A DNA stretch of 64,000 nucleotides from Bacteroidales bacterium (GTDB lineage: Bacteria; Bacteroidota; Bacteroidia; Bacteroidales; WCHB1-69). Each line of letters begins with the position of its first letter. Within the stretch, counting starts at the first letter, position 1. The notes beneath the pieces are model-generated. The model was not told the origin of the DNA, made no database searches, and saw only the letters and a list, made by a program, of their open reading frames with translations. The stretch is from contig JAZRYT010000134.1 in NCBI GenBank assembly GCA_045600905.1, positions 2,930 through 66,929 of the forward strand, given 5' to 3'. Of the stretch, positions 63,777-64,000 are shown in pieces. Both the position numbers and the translations under genes were made by a program.

Positions 63777-63784
63777 CAAAAATA
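63777..63784 (-). promoter_or_regulatory. Bacteroidota -7 promoter box (TAnnTTTG) for the 63762 gene / lptB operon
   Basis: The reverse complement reads tatttttg (context tatttttgcggcc), 15 nt upstream of the ATG at 63762. Confidence 0.4.
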
Positions 63785-63969
63785 GTAAAAATGCGGTAAA
63801 AGTGTGAAAGAGTAAAAGCGTATAAAGGAGAAAGGTTAAAGCTTAAAGATAAAGGAGTTTCAAGTGTGGGGAAATTAACGCAGGCAATTAGTGATGGAGA
63901 TTCTTTGTTTTGAAGGATTTTAAAACTGTTTTTGCGGCAATAGTACTATTTGTTAATTGAAAAAAATGT

Positions 63970-63977
63970 TACTTTTG
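63970..63977 (+). promoter_or_regulatory. Bacteroidota -7 promoter box (TAnnTTTG) for a gene beyond the right edge
   Basis: tacttttg (context gttacttttgcggc) near the window end. Confidence 0.35.
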
Positions 63978-64000
63978 CGGCTTCAAAATCAAGTTCAAAT

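Noticed and set aside
63786-63858. Another period-7 array (aggttaa agcttaa agataaa)
   Set aside because: Only 3-4 weak units in A-rich DNA between two divergent promoters. This is too degenerate to count with the nine clear arrays, and it is mentioned only as an exception.

Overview
This is a 64-kb chromosomal window from a Bacteroidota (Bacteroidales-like) genome. The assignment rests on T9SS type-A and type-B C-terminal sorting domains, TAnnTTTG -7 promoter boxes placed 15-55 nt upstream of many start codons, a fused SecDF, and a Bacteroidota-style dcw cluster. From left to right the window holds: (1) A giant (>3,500 aa, 5'-partial) Ig-repeat T9SS cargo protein, an OmpA-anchored beta-barrel and a second T9SS (type-B CTD) cargo protein. 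(2) Housekeeping genes: a U32 peptidase, a GH29 fucosidase, ferritin and hcp. (3) An accessory-looking island: an AAA-ATPase/PD-(D/E)XK gene, two FISUMP-domain surface proteins (one of 1,726 aa with IxxNTxx heptad stalks and triplicated modules) and a HEPN/nucleotidyltransferase pair downstream of DPP-IV. (4) A T9SS plug-like gene. (5) A dcw cluster, mraZ-rsmH-ftsL-ftsI-murE-mraY-[MurD C-terminal-domain-only ORF]-ftsW, that stops abruptly. (6) Envelope genes: ROK kinase, mltG, NlpC/P60, DUF3127, MlaD, amidase, lptD-like, secDF and a PorE-like gene. (7) A porin interrupted by one in-frame TAG, a membrane transporter, and lptB. No rRNA, tRNA, CRISPR array, transposase or integrase was seen. Four observations stand out. 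Strictly period-7 tandem arrays sit at or just after the stop codons of many genes, in gene-relative orientation. A MurD remnant occupies a truncated dcw cluster. The FISUMP giant carries a predicted N@d trimeric coiled-coil stalk. A conserved roughly 60-nt hairpin element occurs in inverted copies bracketing the FISUMP locus. All domain calls come from motif recognition by eye, and no database search was run.
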